Source: a virus
Taxonomy: Duplodnaviria; Caudoviricetes
Virus record (IMG/VR): IMGVR_UViG_3300025769_000116
Location: 1 to 59,674 of that record
Direction: 5' to 3' (one strand)
Length of the DNA stretch: 59,674 nucleotides
The notes under the pieces were generated by a model. It was not told where the DNA came from. It was given only the letters and a program-made list of their open reading frames with translations, and did no database searches. The position numbers and the translations under genes are program-made. Shown one piece after another: positions 8,653-18,304 of the stretch; positions within the stretch are counted from its first letter, which is position 1, and every line of letters starts with the position of its first letter.

Positions 8653-8795
8653 ACTTGTGCATCCTCACTTTCTATTAAATTAAGAACAAAATCCAACGCA
8701 TCGAGATAACCTTCATCATAATCACCGCTCTTGGTTAACTCCATTAACTCCATTTTTTCACTAAGAACGAACTTGATATGATCAACTATAATCAT
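8649..8795 (-). CDS. Small hypothetical, 48 aa (not in ORF track)
   Basis: MIIVDHIKFVLSEK...; ATGA overlaps with both neighbours. Confidence 0.45.
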   Translation of the reverse strand: MIIVDHIKFVLSEKMELMELTKSGDYDEGYLDALDFVLNLIESEDAQV

Positions 8796-9046
8796 ACTGC
8801 ATACTCCGTATTTGATTTTAAAAACCATCTTTCAAGCGTTTCTTCATCAGTGAGGATATACGCAACGGTCTTCTTGACTTTAGCAAATCGAAATCCTTGA
8901 TCTCCACAGAGTGTGTTGCCAACCCACACCTTATGTGGATACTCAGGAAACATACCAGTGTCATTAACACTATATTCAAAGTAGTTACCTACTTCCTTTT
9001 CAGTAAAACAACCTATTGGTGCTACCGTGTGGTTATAATATGCCAT
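8792..9046 (-). CDS. Hypothetical protein
   Basis: ORF 84 aa. Confidence 0.6.
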   Translation of the reverse strand: MAYYNHTVAPIGCFTEKEVGNYFEYSVNDTGMFPEYPHKVWVGNTLCGDQGFRFAKVKKTVAYILTDEETLERWFLKSNTEYAV

Positions 9047-9399
9047 TATGCCACCTCTACTTGAGTAAACCCATAACCATCAACCATGAAAAATGAACCT
9101 TCACTTTCGATGATATCACCAATGCTTATTGAATGCATCCTTTCTGATAAACGCTCCATTGGACGACCTGTGTTGCCAATGAAGAAAACATCATCGAGAT
9201 CTTCAGCTTCAACCTTAGCAACTTTCGAATAAAGATTAAAGTAGTGAGGCTTGAATTCCTCGCTACCACGAAACTTAACATCGCGGTGACATAGAATTGC
9301 ATCTTTGAACTCGCCAAAATTTCCATCCCAACCAACGCTGTTGAGCTTATCACTTGCTGCATTTGAAAGGTGCTGTTGGTAGATAGTGAAGTTTGTCAT
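9046..9399 (-). CDS. YodL-like domain protein
   Basis: FTIYQ...LDDVFFIGN...MHSISIGDII. Confidence 0.6.
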   Translation of the reverse strand: MTNFTIYQQHLSNAASDKLNSVGWDGNFGEFKDAILCHRDVKFRGSEEFKPHYFNLYSKVAKVEAEDLDDVFFIGNTGRPMERLSERMHSISIGDIIESEGSFFMVDGYGFTQVEVA

Positions 9400-9432
9400 G
9401 TTTTTCCTTTTCAATTTAATTAATATGAGACT

Positions 9433-9529
9433 ATTCTACACCAGTTGAACGGAAAAGTACAATTATTTTAAGTTTTATTTTCCTAATAAAAACAACCACT
9501 TACACATATACCATCATAAGTGGTTGTTT
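9433..9529 (-). promoter_or_regulatory. Early promoter plus inverted IHF-like box pair
   Basis: -10 9433-9438, -35 TTGTAC 9457-9462; boxes 9490-9502 and 9517-9529. Confidence 0.75.
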
Positions 9530-9540
9530 TTAAACGAAAA

Positions 9541-9696
9541 TTATGTGTTATCGCCATCAAAGTATTTAACTTTTGCTTTATTAAAGGCTTCATTGGCCCC
9601 TTTGACCTTACGATCAAAGAAGTCAAATCCACCTTTTGCACTAATAAAGCATGCTATGACAACAAAGAGCATGAATGTATATACTATCAGATCCAT
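9541..9696 (-). CDS. Small membrane protein, 51 aa (not in ORF track)
   Basis: MDLIVYTFMLFVVIACFISAKGG...YFDGDNT*; starts 2 nt after the DUF932 stop. Confidence 0.5.
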   Translation of the reverse strand: MDLIVYTFMLFVVIACFISAKGGFDFFDRKVKGANEAFNKAKVKYFDGDNT

Positions 9697-9698
9697 TA

Positions 9699-10658
9699 CT
9701 ACGCCGCCTCTGCAAATTTGAGGGCGGTATTGAGTGCATCAACCTTTCGCTTAGCGTTAACACCAAACCAGGCTGAAGACATTCGAGTGTCTTCAGATCT
9801 ACCAAGTTGATGATCAGCCAAGTAGGTTACTGCGTTATAAGCATTCCACCAAGTTCCAGGACGGAATTCAGCACCTGGTTGAGACTCAACGATGTCAAGC
9901 GCCATTAATCCAGATCGAGAAAGAGTTTTTCCTTCTTTGTTAGACTTGCCGAAAACATTAATAAGGAATCTTTCAAAATCGTGATCGGTGTACTTCTTTT
10001 CACCAAGGATTTGAGCAGCTTCTTTAAAGCTATCAAGCTTAGCCTGGCCAATGCCAAGAATTCGCTTGACTTCATTAGCGTCAAATTGACGTCGATGATT
10101 GACTCGTACTGAAGGCTTACCAACTTCGTTGAGTGCAACAACGAGAGTATTATTACATACAACTCTTTCAGCTACAAACTTAATGTCGATAGACTTGCCA
10201 TAAGTGTGAGGATTCGAAAAAAGCAAATAGCCTTTTACTTCATCTCCACCAAAAAGCTCGAAGCCTTCACGTACATCTGCAAGAGCCCACACAATACGAC
10301 CATCTTTGAGAGAGCCTGCGGTATCCATTTGCATGTCACCACTACTTACAAACTCAGAGAAAAAGTCAAATGCATCGGCATTTTGTACAGGCTTCCAGTC
10401 TTCTCCAATCATAGGAGCGAGAACACTGTTGTCTGAAGTTCGTACCAAAGCGTTAGTTCCAGTAGGAACTTGCTTAGATCCAATTTGAGCAAACGTAGGA
10501 ACTGTTTCTACTTCCCAATCGAGACCTGCAGCCACCATCATTTCTTGTGGTGTCAGATCATCTCCAACTGGAGTTCCAAGATGATGCCAAGGACGACCCT
10601 TTGACATTCGATAAGCCATTTGAGCTTCGCCATTGATAATTTCAAGTTCGTGTGCCAT
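9699..10658 (-). CDS. DUF932/DUF945 phage-plasmid protein
   Basis: MAHELE...PWHHLG, AGLDWEV, VQNADAFDFF, RVVCNNTL, GTWWNAYNAVT. Confidence 0.88.
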   Translation of the reverse strand: MAHELEIINGEAQMAYRMSKGRPWHHLGTPVGDDLTPQEMMVAAGLDWEVETVPTFAQIGSKQVPTGTNALVRTSDNSVLAPMIGEDWKPVQNADAFDFFSEFVSSGDMQMDTAGSLKDGRIVWALADVREGFELFGGDEVKGYLLFSNPHTYGKSIDIKFVAERVVCNNTLVVALNEVGKPSVRVNHRRQFDANEVKRILGIGQAKLDSFKEAAQILGEKKYTDHDFERFLINVFGKSNKEGKTLSRSGLMALDIVESQPGAEFRPGTWWNAYNAVTYLADHQLGRSEDTRMSSAWFGVNAKRKVDALNTALKFAEAA

Positions 10659-10876
10659 TAGATAAATACCTCCTTTTCAAAAGTAACATATTCAGTATCA
10701 CCCACCATTCGTGAGACAGCAAACCCTTCGATGATTGGTTCCTCGTCATGAGCGAATGTGCGTTCTTCAAAAAACACTTCATTGATTGTGCCTCGAACAA
10801 ACTTACCATCTTTTTTAAACTTAACTAACTGACCTACTTCAAACATCATTTTATCGTCACCTATATGAGTAATCAT
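10658..10876 (-). CDS. Hypothetical SH3-like small protein
   Basis: FEVGQLVKF...GTINEV. Confidence 0.5.
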   Translation of the reverse strand: MITHIGDDKMMFEVGQLVKFKKDGKFVRGTINEVFFEERTFAHDEEPIIEGFAVSRMVGDTEYVTFEKEVFI

Positions 10877-10919
10877 TATACAGTCCTCAAAGAAATTTCT
10901 TTCATATCTACAGCTATCC

Positions 10920-11309
10920 TCAGTTTTCGTAAAAGTTATCTCTAAACTTTACCTCATCCCGCATCACTTTGTACAAAGCTGGACGCATATTCTTCTGCTG
11001 CGTGTCCAAGATAGCTCTAAGGTGGTATGGGTTTAAGCCAGCAATTGTCACATGCCTCAAAGGCTCGTCACCATCCTTGCCGTAAGTTCCCCACTTGACC
11101 ACTTCTCTTATCACTTCATGGCTATCGTCTGAGGTGACAGTTAGCATTTCCTCATCACCGTTAGCAGAGCATCTAACATAATCACAGCCACCATCTAGCA
11201 TATACTTTTTGCCGTTAGCATCTATATGCGTAACATAGTCGTGACGATTGATGGATTCTAGTATTGTTCCATCAGGTGTCTTCATTCTATTGCTTAATAT
11301 AACGCTCAT
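10920..11309 (-). CDS. Conserved phage hypothetical
   Basis: ESINRHDYV...LDGG motif. Confidence 0.6.
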   Translation of the reverse strand: MSVILSNRMKTPDGTILESINRHDYVTHIDANGKKYMLDGGCDYVRCSANGDEEMLTVTSDDSHEVIREVVKWGTYGKDGDEPLRHVTIAGLNPYHLRAILDTQQKNMRPALYKVMRDEVKFRDNFYEN

Positions 11310-11326
11310 AATTTACCACTCCAACT

Positions 11327-11512
11327 TCAAGAGCCATTAACAATGCCATAAACATTACCACCAACATCGCCATCAACATCGCCACCAACATCGCCACGAA
11401 TGGAGCAGTGCACTCCTTTTATTTCGATATGGCCAGTCATGCCTTTAGCTATTGTTATGTTTTCTTTTACAAAGTCTAGGATTTCTTTATCTGTTAGTTT
11501 CATTGTTTTCAC
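11327..11512 (-). CDS. Small protein with GDV(G/D) repeats
   Basis: RGDVGGDVDGDVGGNVYG, encoded by 12-nt tandem repeats near 11355-11397. Confidence 0.5.
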   Translation of the reverse strand: MKTMKLTDKEILDFVKENITIAKGMTGHIEIKGVHCSIRGDVGGDVDGDVGGNVYGIVNGS

Positions 11513-11538
11513 CCTTTAGCTTTTCTTTTCTAAGCACT

Positions 11539-11781
11539 TCATTGTCCGCTTCTTCCTATAGTTTTCTTTTCATAGATTGCTGTAATATTCGCACCCATTT
11601 GAGGACATACTAATATAGTATCAGGTAATCCGTTCTCATCGTGGTCACCACCTTCACCACATATAAAGAATGAACCACTCTTGGCTGGGTGGAAAGCTTT
11701 CCACCCATCAGGTTGTGTGTGGAACCAAATCTTAGTCAGTTTTTTGAAGAGATTGTATTCTTCATCAGTGATTTCTTTCAT
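11539..11781 (-). CDS. Hypothetical protein
   Basis: ORF 80 aa. Confidence 0.55.
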   Translation of the reverse strand: MKEITDEEYNLFKKLTKIWFHTQPDGWKAFHPAKSGSFFICGEGGDHDENGLPDTILVCPQMGANITAIYEKKTIGRSGQ

Positions 11782-11993
11782 CGTGCACCCTTCTCCAGTT
11801 TAACATCTTTCACTTCCCAAGCCGCTTCAAAGGCATCAAAACCTTCGGCCACCCGAGTGTTACATAAAGACTCATCATTTTTCAATGCAGTCCATAAAGT
11901 CTCAGGCAAAACCTGATGACGTGCTGCCCGTCGATCAGCGACATAGTCGGCATAGGTATCAAAAGAGGCAGCGGTTGCTGTTGTTTTCATCAT
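11778..11993 (-). CDS. Hypothetical early protein
   Basis: ORF 71 aa; first gene after the promoter at 12031. Confidence 0.55.
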   Translation of the reverse strand: MMKTTATAASFDTYADYVADRRAARHQVLPETLWTALKNDESLCNTRVAEGFDAFEAAWEVKDVKLEKGAR

Positions 11994-12030
11994 GTCTTTG
12001 TTTCCTTTTCAATTTAATTAATATGGAGCT

Positions 12031-12127
12031 ATTCTACACCAGTTGAACGGAAAAGTACAATTTTTTTTCAAATAAAATTTGTTTTGAAAACAATAAGTTG
12101 CGTTAGAACCAAGGTAAGTTGTTGTTT
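12031..12127 (-). promoter_or_regulatory. Early promoter plus inverted IHF-like box pair
   Basis: -10 12031-12036, -35 TTGTAC 12055-12060; boxes 12088-12100 and 12115-12127. Confidence 0.75.
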
Positions 12128-12128
12128 T

Positions 12129-12512
12129 TTAATGGATTGTTTCTTCTGCTGAATTCCAGAGTTGAGTAGCCATAGTTCCTACGTGGGCGCCATATCCCTG
12201 TTTGATGAGATCTATAACATTAATGAACTTATCATCACCATCGACTATTTGCGCGGTGATATTGACTTGAGCAGCAGTCGATGCAAACATTTCCATTGCG
12301 AAAAGCTGTGCTGACATTTTTGTTGGAAAAGTAATAGCATGATCAAAATCATAGGGATTTTGTTTTGAAAAAAGAGCGTATAAAGAAAGTTGTTGCTCAA
12401 AGTTTTGATGTACTTTAACAAGATCTTTCCACTCGGTACCTATTTCATCTGGAGAATAAGTCCCTAAAAAGATACCTCTCTTTTTGTCAACTAAGATCCA
12501 TCTCTTTTTCAT
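12129..12512 (-). CDS. Hypothetical protein
   Basis: ORF 127 aa. Confidence 0.6.
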   Translation of the reverse strand: MKKRWILVDKKRGIFLGTYSPDEIGTEWKDLVKVHQNFEQQLSLYALFSKQNPYDFDHAITFPTKMSAQLFAMEMFASTAAQVNITAQIVDGDDKFINVIDLIKQGYGAHVGTMATQLWNSAEETIH

Positions 12513-13176
12513 ACATATACCCGTATCTTCTACGTGTTTTTAAGAATTCTTTAAGATAATCGTAAACATTTATTTTAAAGACTTGAGGTTCTGAATCGTC
12601 TACACCAATTAAGATAACACCTTGCTTAATTGGTATTTCTGTTCTTTCGTAAAATGCGGCAGCGTAGAATGCTACTTGCATAAAATAACTTTGAATTTTA
12701 TCTTCTGTTTTTACACGCTTTGATGTTTTAAAATCAATAACAGAAAGTTCTCCGTCAAACTCAGCGATACAATCAACCTGCCCCGCAGTTCGTAAATGAT
12801 CAGAATAGAGAAATGCTTCTTGAAAATAAACGTTGTCAATAGACTTATCTATAACACTCTTCATTGTGTTAAACATAAAAAGATTTGCAGGTTGTGCTTT
12901 TACTGAAAAGTCTTCTACATTGTCGATGTAGTCTTCACAGAGTTTGTGAATAGACGTTCCACGAGATGAAGCTTGTCGAGCAATTTTATTTGCAACTTCT
13001 TCTCCGACGCGTTTACGCCATTCCATCAATTCCTTTTTACCGATGATTGATAATACAGTAGTGACAGAAGGATAAGCATCACCATCTTCGGTGAAATACT
13101 TTCTTCCTGAGTCTGTTGTTTTACGAGTAAGTTTAGGGAGTACGATCCCATGATCTACATGATTAAAAGTTTTCAT
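12487..13176 (-). CDS. PD-(D/E)XK exonuclease (T4-like phage exonuclease A type)
   Basis: YPSVTTVL, RGTSIH, AGQVD, IDFKTS, YFMQVAFY. Confidence 0.88.
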   Translation of the reverse strand: MKTFNHVDHGIVLPKLTRKTTDSGRKYFTEDGDAYPSVTTVLSIIGKKELMEWRKRVGEEVANKIARQASSRGTSIHKLCEDYIDNVEDFSVKAQPANLFMFNTMKSVIDKSIDNVYFQEAFLYSDHLRTAGQVDCIAEFDGELSVIDFKTSKRVKTEDKIQSYFMQVAFYAAAFYERTEIPIKQGVILIGVDDSEPQVFKINVYDYLKEFLKTRRRYGYMYEKEMDLS

Positions 13177-13184
13177 AATTTAAA

Positions 13185-13511
13185 TTAGCCAATTGTTACT
13201 TTTGTTGCTGAACCAGTAATAGTTCCAGCGTCTGCTGGGTCTCCAAATCTTGCGGCGGCAATACCGCTGAGTGTTACTTTCAATGATCCTTCAATAATTA
13301 CTGCATTTGTGTGAGGTACACAAGTACTTGAGCCGATTGTGTGAGTTGGATCTATTATATCGCCAACAACTGCACCAAGCTTACCCTCAATCGTAACATT
13401 TTGATTAAGCATTGGTGCAGTGTTAGCTGTATCTGCAGGACCGATCTTAGATACGGCGTCGCATCCATGACCGGTCGCTATTGCATCTCCTTGTCTTGCT
13501 GCTAATGGCAT
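13185..13511 (-). CDS. PAAR spike-tip protein (gp5.4-like)
   Basis: MPLAARQGD, GHGC, AAARFGD, GSATKVTIG. Confidence 0.85.
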   Translation of the reverse strand: MPLAARQGDAIATGHGCDAVSKIGPADTANTAPMLNQNVTIEGKLGAVVGDIIDPTHTIGSSTCVPHTNAVIIEGSLKVTLSGIAAARFGDPADAGTITGSATKVTIG

Positions 13512-14269
13512 TATACTACCTTTAAGTATCTTTCCGGATTTAAACCTTCTTTAGCGAGTATATATTCTCTGACAAGACCAGAACGAACAATGTCGCTAAT
13601 ACCAAAATGAACAACCCTAAACGATGGTATTTTTTCAAGAACATTAATAAACTCTGGTAAACCAGTAACATCCATTTTGTGTCGATTTGTTGCTAAATCA
13701 TCTTGCTTCGTGTCACCGCAAAATATGATTTTAGAACATTCTCCTACTCGTGTAATAATACTATCAAGTTCATGGTATGTCATAGACTGGCACTCATCTA
13801 CAATGATAATAGAATTATCAAATGTTAAACCTCGTACAAACGAAGAGGTTGTGAACTCTACCATATTTTTTTGTTTAAGAATTTCCCACGCATCTCCTCT
13901 TTGAAAGAGATCTTTTGTAATGTCTGCATAGGGTGTTGTGAATACTGCTTCCTTCTGAGCTTTACTTCCGGGCATAAAGCCTTGTTCACGTGTTTGTACG
14001 GCTGAACGTACTATAATAAGTTTTTCGTACTCTCTATTCTGGAGTATGTCTTTTAAACCTAGATACATGGCGCACATTGTTTTACCTGTACCTGCTGTAC
14101 CAATTGCCGCTATATTATAGCCATGTCGGTAATCGATAAACATCTCTTCTTGAGATGCCGTCATTGGATCAATACGTCGCATACCAAATTTATTGTTTAC
14201 TACGTAATTTAAATTACTTTCATTTCTCCTTTTTTCTTTCCGTGAAAGTCGACGTTGTTGTTTAGACAT
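13511..14269 (-). CDS. phoH: PhoH-family ATPase
   Basis: GTAGTGKT, SFVRGLTF, IVDECQ, CGDTKQ, DIVRSGLV. Confidence 0.93.
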   Translation of the reverse strand: MSKQQRRLSRKEKRRNESNLNYVVNNKFGMRRIDPMTASQEEMFIDYRHGYNIAAIGTAGTGKTMCAMYLGLKDILQNREYEKLIIVRSAVQTREQGFMPGSKAQKEAVFTTPYADITKDLFQRGDAWEILKQKNMVEFTTSSFVRGLTFDNSIIIVDECQSMTYHELDSIITRVGECSKIIFCGDTKQDDLATNRHKMDVTGLPEFINVLEKIPSFRVVHFGISDIVRSGLVREYILAKEGLNPERYLKVV

Positions 14270-14330
14270 ACTTACCTCCTCGGATTTCAGTTAGCAGTTT
14301 AGGTATCTAGATTTTTCTCAATAAACCACC

Positions 14331-14570
14331 TCAGAAATCATTTATCGTGTTATGTTTATGGACTTTTGCTTTTTTAAGTACATCACGAAAAGTCGCATCA
14401 GGCTTTTTAAGCCCAAGGCGGACTGGGTCACCAATTCCCAGAAAACCGGTGCCTGTATGGATTTGTTTTATATGAGGGTTGGCCTCGAGGTACTCTTTTT
14501 TCGAGGCAATAGACATGAGCTTCGTAAACTGCTCATTTGTTTCTGAGTTTCTAAAATCATATGTCGGCAT
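14331..14570 (-). CDS. FmdB-like small protein lacking the zinc-binding cysteines
   Basis: MPTYDF start; GDPVRLG...F..VL typical of the T4-like homologs. Confidence 0.55.
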   Translation of the reverse strand: MPTYDFRNSETNEQFTKLMSIASKKEYLEANPHIKQIHTGTGFLGIGDPVRLGLKKPDATFRDVLKKAKVHKHNTINDF

Positions 14571-14578
14571 AATTTTAT

Positions 14579-15178
14579 TTATACCTGATCAGTAATCATG
14601 TGATAGATTTCTTTCCAATTATTTACTCTTGGAAAGGGGCCTAAAGGAGTTGCGGGCGAGTTTATATTATAGTTATGAGCCATAATAATTGAGTTTAAAC
14701 CCATAACAACACCACACTCTGCATTTTCAAGCTTGTCTTCAATCCAATAGCACTCGGTATTCGCATATTCGTAAAGAGCTTTGTCTTTATCTGCCCCACA
14801 ATCCAAATACACATATTTTTCAAATGTAGTATTACCGAATAGTTCGCACAGATTTTTAGTTCTTAAATGCTGAGCGTATTCATCATCACTTAGACTAGTA
14901 ATAGCATGAAAAACGTATCCATGTTCTTCGTGCAATTTCTTTACGTACTTGATTGCATCTCGAAGAGGAGGTACTTTTCTTATAGAAGCTGACTCGTTAA
15001 ACATACGAACGAGTTTTTTAGATTCAGTTTTTTCTAAATTGAATCGTTTATCTATAGAATATTGAGTTGTATCTGTAGGTTGGTAACCGTGTCTATCCAT
15101 CCAACGAGTGAACGCATATTCCCAGTCTAATAAAACACCATCGCAATCAGTGAGTATCACTTTATCTTTCATAATCAT
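14579..15178 (-). CDS. HAD-family 5'-nucleotidase-like protein (T4 gp30.2-like)
   Basis: ILTDCDGVLLDW, WIEDK. Confidence 0.82.
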   Translation of the reverse strand: MIMKDKVILTDCDGVLLDWEYAFTRWMDRHGYQPTDTTQYSIDKRFNLEKTESKKLVRMFNESASIRKVPPLRDAIKYVKKLHEEHGYVFHAITSLSDDEYAQHLRTKNLCELFGNTTFEKYVYLDCGADKDKALYEYANTECYWIEDKLENAECGVVMGLNSIIMAHNYNINSPATPLGPFPRVNNWKEIYHMITDQV

Positions 15179-15201
15179 ATATCTTCCTTTTCTATGGTGC
15201 T

Positions 15202-15230
15202 ATTCTACCATAGTTAAGGACAAATGTCAA
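15202..15230 (-). promoter_or_regulatory. Sigma70 promoter TTGACA-N17-TAGAAT
   Basis: Near-consensus; almost identical to the element at 56918-56946. Confidence 0.8.
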
Positions 15231-15407
15231 CTAATTGTTTCTCCAATCTTTATAAGATTGAAACTTTTCTTCTCGACGATTACGCCTTTGATACTTAGCA
15301 CCACCTTTCTTTTGCTTTTCTCGTCGACGTTCTTCGTTAACATCCCCCCATTCGTCTGAGTAATAGTCTTTTTTGCTGTTTCTAAAATTTTTAAATCTTT
15401 TGGCCAT
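15231..15407 (-). CDS. Small basic protein, 58 aa (not in ORF track)
   Basis: MAKRFKNFRNSKKDYYSDEW...; TAATG-coupled to the upstream gene. Confidence 0.5.
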   Translation of the reverse strand: MAKRFKNFRNSKKDYYSDEWGDVNEERRREKQKKGGAKYQRRNRREEKFQSYKDWRNN

Positions 15408-15841
15408 TACACTAACCTAGTTTCATAAATATTTGGAAATGTTTCTTCTAATTGATTATGAGTTAAACCTTTGAAAGGTTTCTGTTGAATCATTTTTACG
15501 AGCAATTCAGCATCATTATTATCTATATCTTCTAAAAGACTAATGAATAATGATTCTCTTTTTATAGGATTAAGATTATCATAACCTCCACCTCTAATGA
15601 AAATCTTAAGTCTACGAGTTTCTCCATAAAGCATATTTTCTACATCAAAATACGAGTTCTTTTTCCAAGGAGGAGGGGTATTTGGTATTAACAGTTCAAC
15701 CCTTTCGTCATCGTAGGCAATTCTCAAAATTTGTCTTAATGGAGCACTGTCATGTTTTCTTAGCCACAACATTTTTTCTTCCTTCTTTTTAATTTTAGGA
15801 AGCTCATTAATAATTGTAGAAATTGCAGGTCTTCTAGCCAT
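15407..15841 (-). CDS. Conserved T4-like hypothetical found next to rnh (DUF6433-like)
   Basis: LRQIL, PPPW, KRESLFISLLE. Confidence 0.65.
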   Translation of the reverse strand: MARRPAISTIINELPKIKKKEEKMLWLRKHDSAPLRQILRIAYDDERVELLIPNTPPPWKKNSYFDVENMLYGETRRLKIFIRGGGYDNLNPIKRESLFISLLEDIDNNDAELLVKMIQQKPFKGLTHNQLEETFPNIYETRLV

Positions 15842-15843
15842 AA

Positions 15844-16704
15844 TTAAAAATCCTGTATATCACTCATTAAATTTTTTAATTTTTTCATGACAAAAAAATT
15901 AAATAGTTTTTCTCTACCGATTGTTTTTTCTTTCGAATATTCTTTTTTTATTTTTTCTTGATATTCGCTTGGAATTTGAGATAAGTCGATCATTCTTTTA
16001 TTTCTTTGTATGCGGAGAGCAGTCTCAGAATCTATAGAAGAATCTTCTCTGAGGAATGCTTCTAAACGCTTTTTGGTCATCGGCTTTTGTCGTTGACCAA
16101 CTGCTAGGCAATTGTCTTCTGACAAAACGTTTGGTACTCCGTCGCCAACATCTCCTTTTAAAACATGTTCTTTTAAGTATTTATCTGGATTAGAATGTCT
16201 AATCCATCGCTTTCGTATTGGATCATATTGATCTACGTTTGCATATGTGTGCAATTGAATATAGTCTTTATCACCAGAAAGAATTAAGAATTTTTCACTA
16301 CCCATATTGAGCTCAGTACCATTCTCATGTACAATTGTACCGATGATATCATCTGCTTCGAGTCTTTCAATGTCGATGACTTTATAAGGAAAGTTTTCTC
16401 TTACTTCATCTTTAATCATATGAAGAATTTCAAAAAGACGATTCCAATCCATGTCAGATTGATCACGGGCTTTTTTACGGTTTGCTTTGTAATAAGGATA
16501 GTAGTCTTTACGCCAAACATTAGTGCTATCGGCACAGATGACAATTTCGCCATACTCTTCTGTGAACCTCTTACGATTCATTCGAATTGAGTTGAGAAAC
16601 ATATGACGAACTAGGTTTTCGTCGAGCGCAACATTATGATGATTACCAATACTAGCAAACAATGAAGCTAGCATAACCTGATTATAGTCTACTAAAATAG
16701 CCAT
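15844..16704 (-). CDS. rnh: T4-type RNase H (5'-3' exonuclease)
   Basis: LVDYNQ, WRKDYYPYYKANR, EADDII, SGDKDYIQL, GDVGDGVPN. Confidence 0.93.
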   Translation of the reverse strand: MAILVDYNQVMLASLFASIGNHHNVALDENLVRHMFLNSIRMNRKRFTEEYGEIVICADSTNVWRKDYYPYYKANRKKARDQSDMDWNRLFEILHMIKDEVRENFPYKVIDIERLEADDIIGTIVHENGTELNMGSEKFLILSGDKDYIQLHTYANVDQYDPIRKRWIRHSNPDKYLKEHVLKGDVGDGVPNVLSEDNCLAVGQRQKPMTKKRLEAFLREDSSIDSETALRIQRNKRMIDLSQIPSEYQEKIKKEYSKEKTIGREKLFNFFVMKKLKNLMSDIQDF

Positions 16705-16735
16705 TTTTTGGTCCAATTATTTAATTTGAGTAGCT

Positions 16736-16764
16736 ATTCTACTCTATTTCATCGTCAATGTCAA
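16736..16764 (-). promoter_or_regulatory. Sigma70 promoter TTGACA-N17-TAGAAT
   Basis: Upstream of rnh, inside the 3' end of the preceding gene. Confidence 0.7.
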
Positions 16765-17074
16765 CCGTTATTTTTATATCTTCTGCGGTAATCGTTTTCA
16801 CAGCAAAATCTTGTAACCCGTGGTGAATACCGTTTGTCAGAAGGTGTAACGATCTTATTGACTCTAGGATAAGGAGCATATGAGGATAATACTTATCAAT
16901 GTCTTTATTGAGATCGCACCCCGATCTCGTAAGCTCACCAAGTAAGTTTTGCCAAAGGATTTCAGCAATCTCATCTGAATAGCTTTTCTTGTATTCAACA
17001 AGACGATCTGCTATTTCACTTGGTGATGCCGGTGGTTTAAAACCTGGAAATTCAATGACGTTATCGTTGCTCAT
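16739..17074 (-). CDS. Hypothetical protein
   Basis: ORF 111 aa, NVIEFP start. Confidence 0.6.
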   Translation of the reverse strand: MSNDNVIEFPGFKPPASPSEIADRLVEYKKSYSDEIAEILWQNLLGELTRSGCDLNKDIDKYYPHMLLILESIRSLHLLTNGIHHGLQDFAVKTITAEDIKITVDIDDEIE

Positions 17075-17075
17075 C

Positions 17076-18029
17076 TTATTCTTCAGATAAGTTTGCTAAA
17101 AGGGCGTTCCATAAAGTTTTAAACGAAGCAATATTATTTCTTGCTAAGTTAAACCTATCTGAAGTAGTGAACTTATTGAAATACTGTGCATCACTATTAA
17201 TAGTAGTAATCAATTGATTTGCTACAGAATAACAATAGTTAGCATGCAATTGGGGATCTTCGTTGTAATCATACATAATAGTAGCATTGGCACCAGTTTC
17301 TGGTAAAGCACCATAATTAGGATGTACACATATAATTTGACTCTTAATCGCTTCTATCATAGCAATACACGACGTTTCTTTCCAAATATTTGGATATAGA
17401 AAAATATGAGCATTATCAAGAGCTCTTAGTACAGTTTCATTATCTACTGAACCGTGATAAGTCATGTTTGGGTGACTAGAAATTTGTTCAAATAATGGTC
17501 TATATTCAGCATCTCTCGATTCCCATCCATAAATTGAAAACGATGAAAAAACATCGAGATGAATGTTGTTATATTGACGAGCAAGTGCATCAAAAATAGG
17601 AACTAAAAGTTCTAATCCTCGATGAGGAGTAGTGTGATAAACGAATCGAATTTGAGAAGTATCTTTATTGCGAGGAGCATATTGTTTTTCTATAGCGTTG
17701 TAAATGACAGAGCACTCTGAATATGGAATACCATATTTCATAATATATTGATCTCTTTGCCAAGAGCTCACAAAAACAAAGTGATAAAATTGCTCCCATC
17801 CACCGTCTTTTAAAATAGAATTTTCTGGATCTTCGGCGAGATCGTGACAATAAAAAATATTAGGTACATCATCATAAAGTTCCCTGGGGCGAGACAGATG
17901 AATAGCAAAATTCTTAAGTAGATTTGGATCTACATTTTCTATGATTCTTTGTCTCATCATTTCTGTTCCGCCCATAGCGTTAGCAGAAAGATCTGTGTTA
18001 ATGATTTCTCCTTTGTATATACAGCTCAT
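17076..18029 (-). CDS. GT-B glycosyltransferase (GT4-like)
   Basis: GGTE, HTTPHRGL, YPNIWKETSCIAMIEA, GALPET. Confidence 0.88.
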   Translation of the reverse strand: MSCIYKGEIINTDLSANAMGGTEMMRQRIIENVDPNLLKNFAIHLSRPRELYDDVPNIFYCHDLAEDPENSILKDGGWEQFYHFVFVSSWQRDQYIMKYGIPYSECSVIYNAIEKQYAPRNKDTSQIRFVYHTTPHRGLELLVPIFDALARQYNNIHLDVFSSFSIYGWESRDAEYRPLFEQISSHPNMTYHGSVDNETVLRALDNAHIFLYPNIWKETSCIAMIEAIKSQIICVHPNYGALPETGANATIMYDYNEDPQLHANYCYSVANQLITTINSDAQYFNKFTTSDRFNLARNNIASFKTLWNALLANLSEE

Positions 18030-18304
18030 TTTTCTACCTCAATGCTTTCCATGAAATCTACACGAAAAGATTTCCAAGAGTCGGTATCTATTTCATAGAC
18101 AGCAATTACGTTTGGTTTTTCTTGTCGTGCTTTTTTTAGTTGTGGGTAACGAGTTTCTGCTGGGTGTACAATTTCTTCTACTACGGCAGGAAGAAGATCT
18201 TTTACAAGAGTACATTTCATTGTTCGCTTTTCACCGTTAACTTTTTCAAATTTAACAGTACAAACGTTTTCTTTTAGCATTGCTTCAATTTCACTTTTAT
18301 TCAT
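18026..18304 (-). CDS. WYL_2/DUF2693-like SH3 beta-barrel protein
   Basis: VKFEKVNGEKRTMKCTL...WKSFR. Confidence 0.75.
   Translation of the reverse strand: MNKSEIEAMLKENVCTVKFEKVNGEKRTMKCTLVKDLLPAVVEEIVHPAETRYPQLKKARQEKPNVIAVYEIDTDSWKSFRVDFMESIEVEK

Noticed and set aside
12487-13176. Cas4 / CRISPR-associated gene
   Set aside because: Standard T4-like PD-(D/E)XK exonuclease; lacks the Cas4 four-Cys pattern and there is no array
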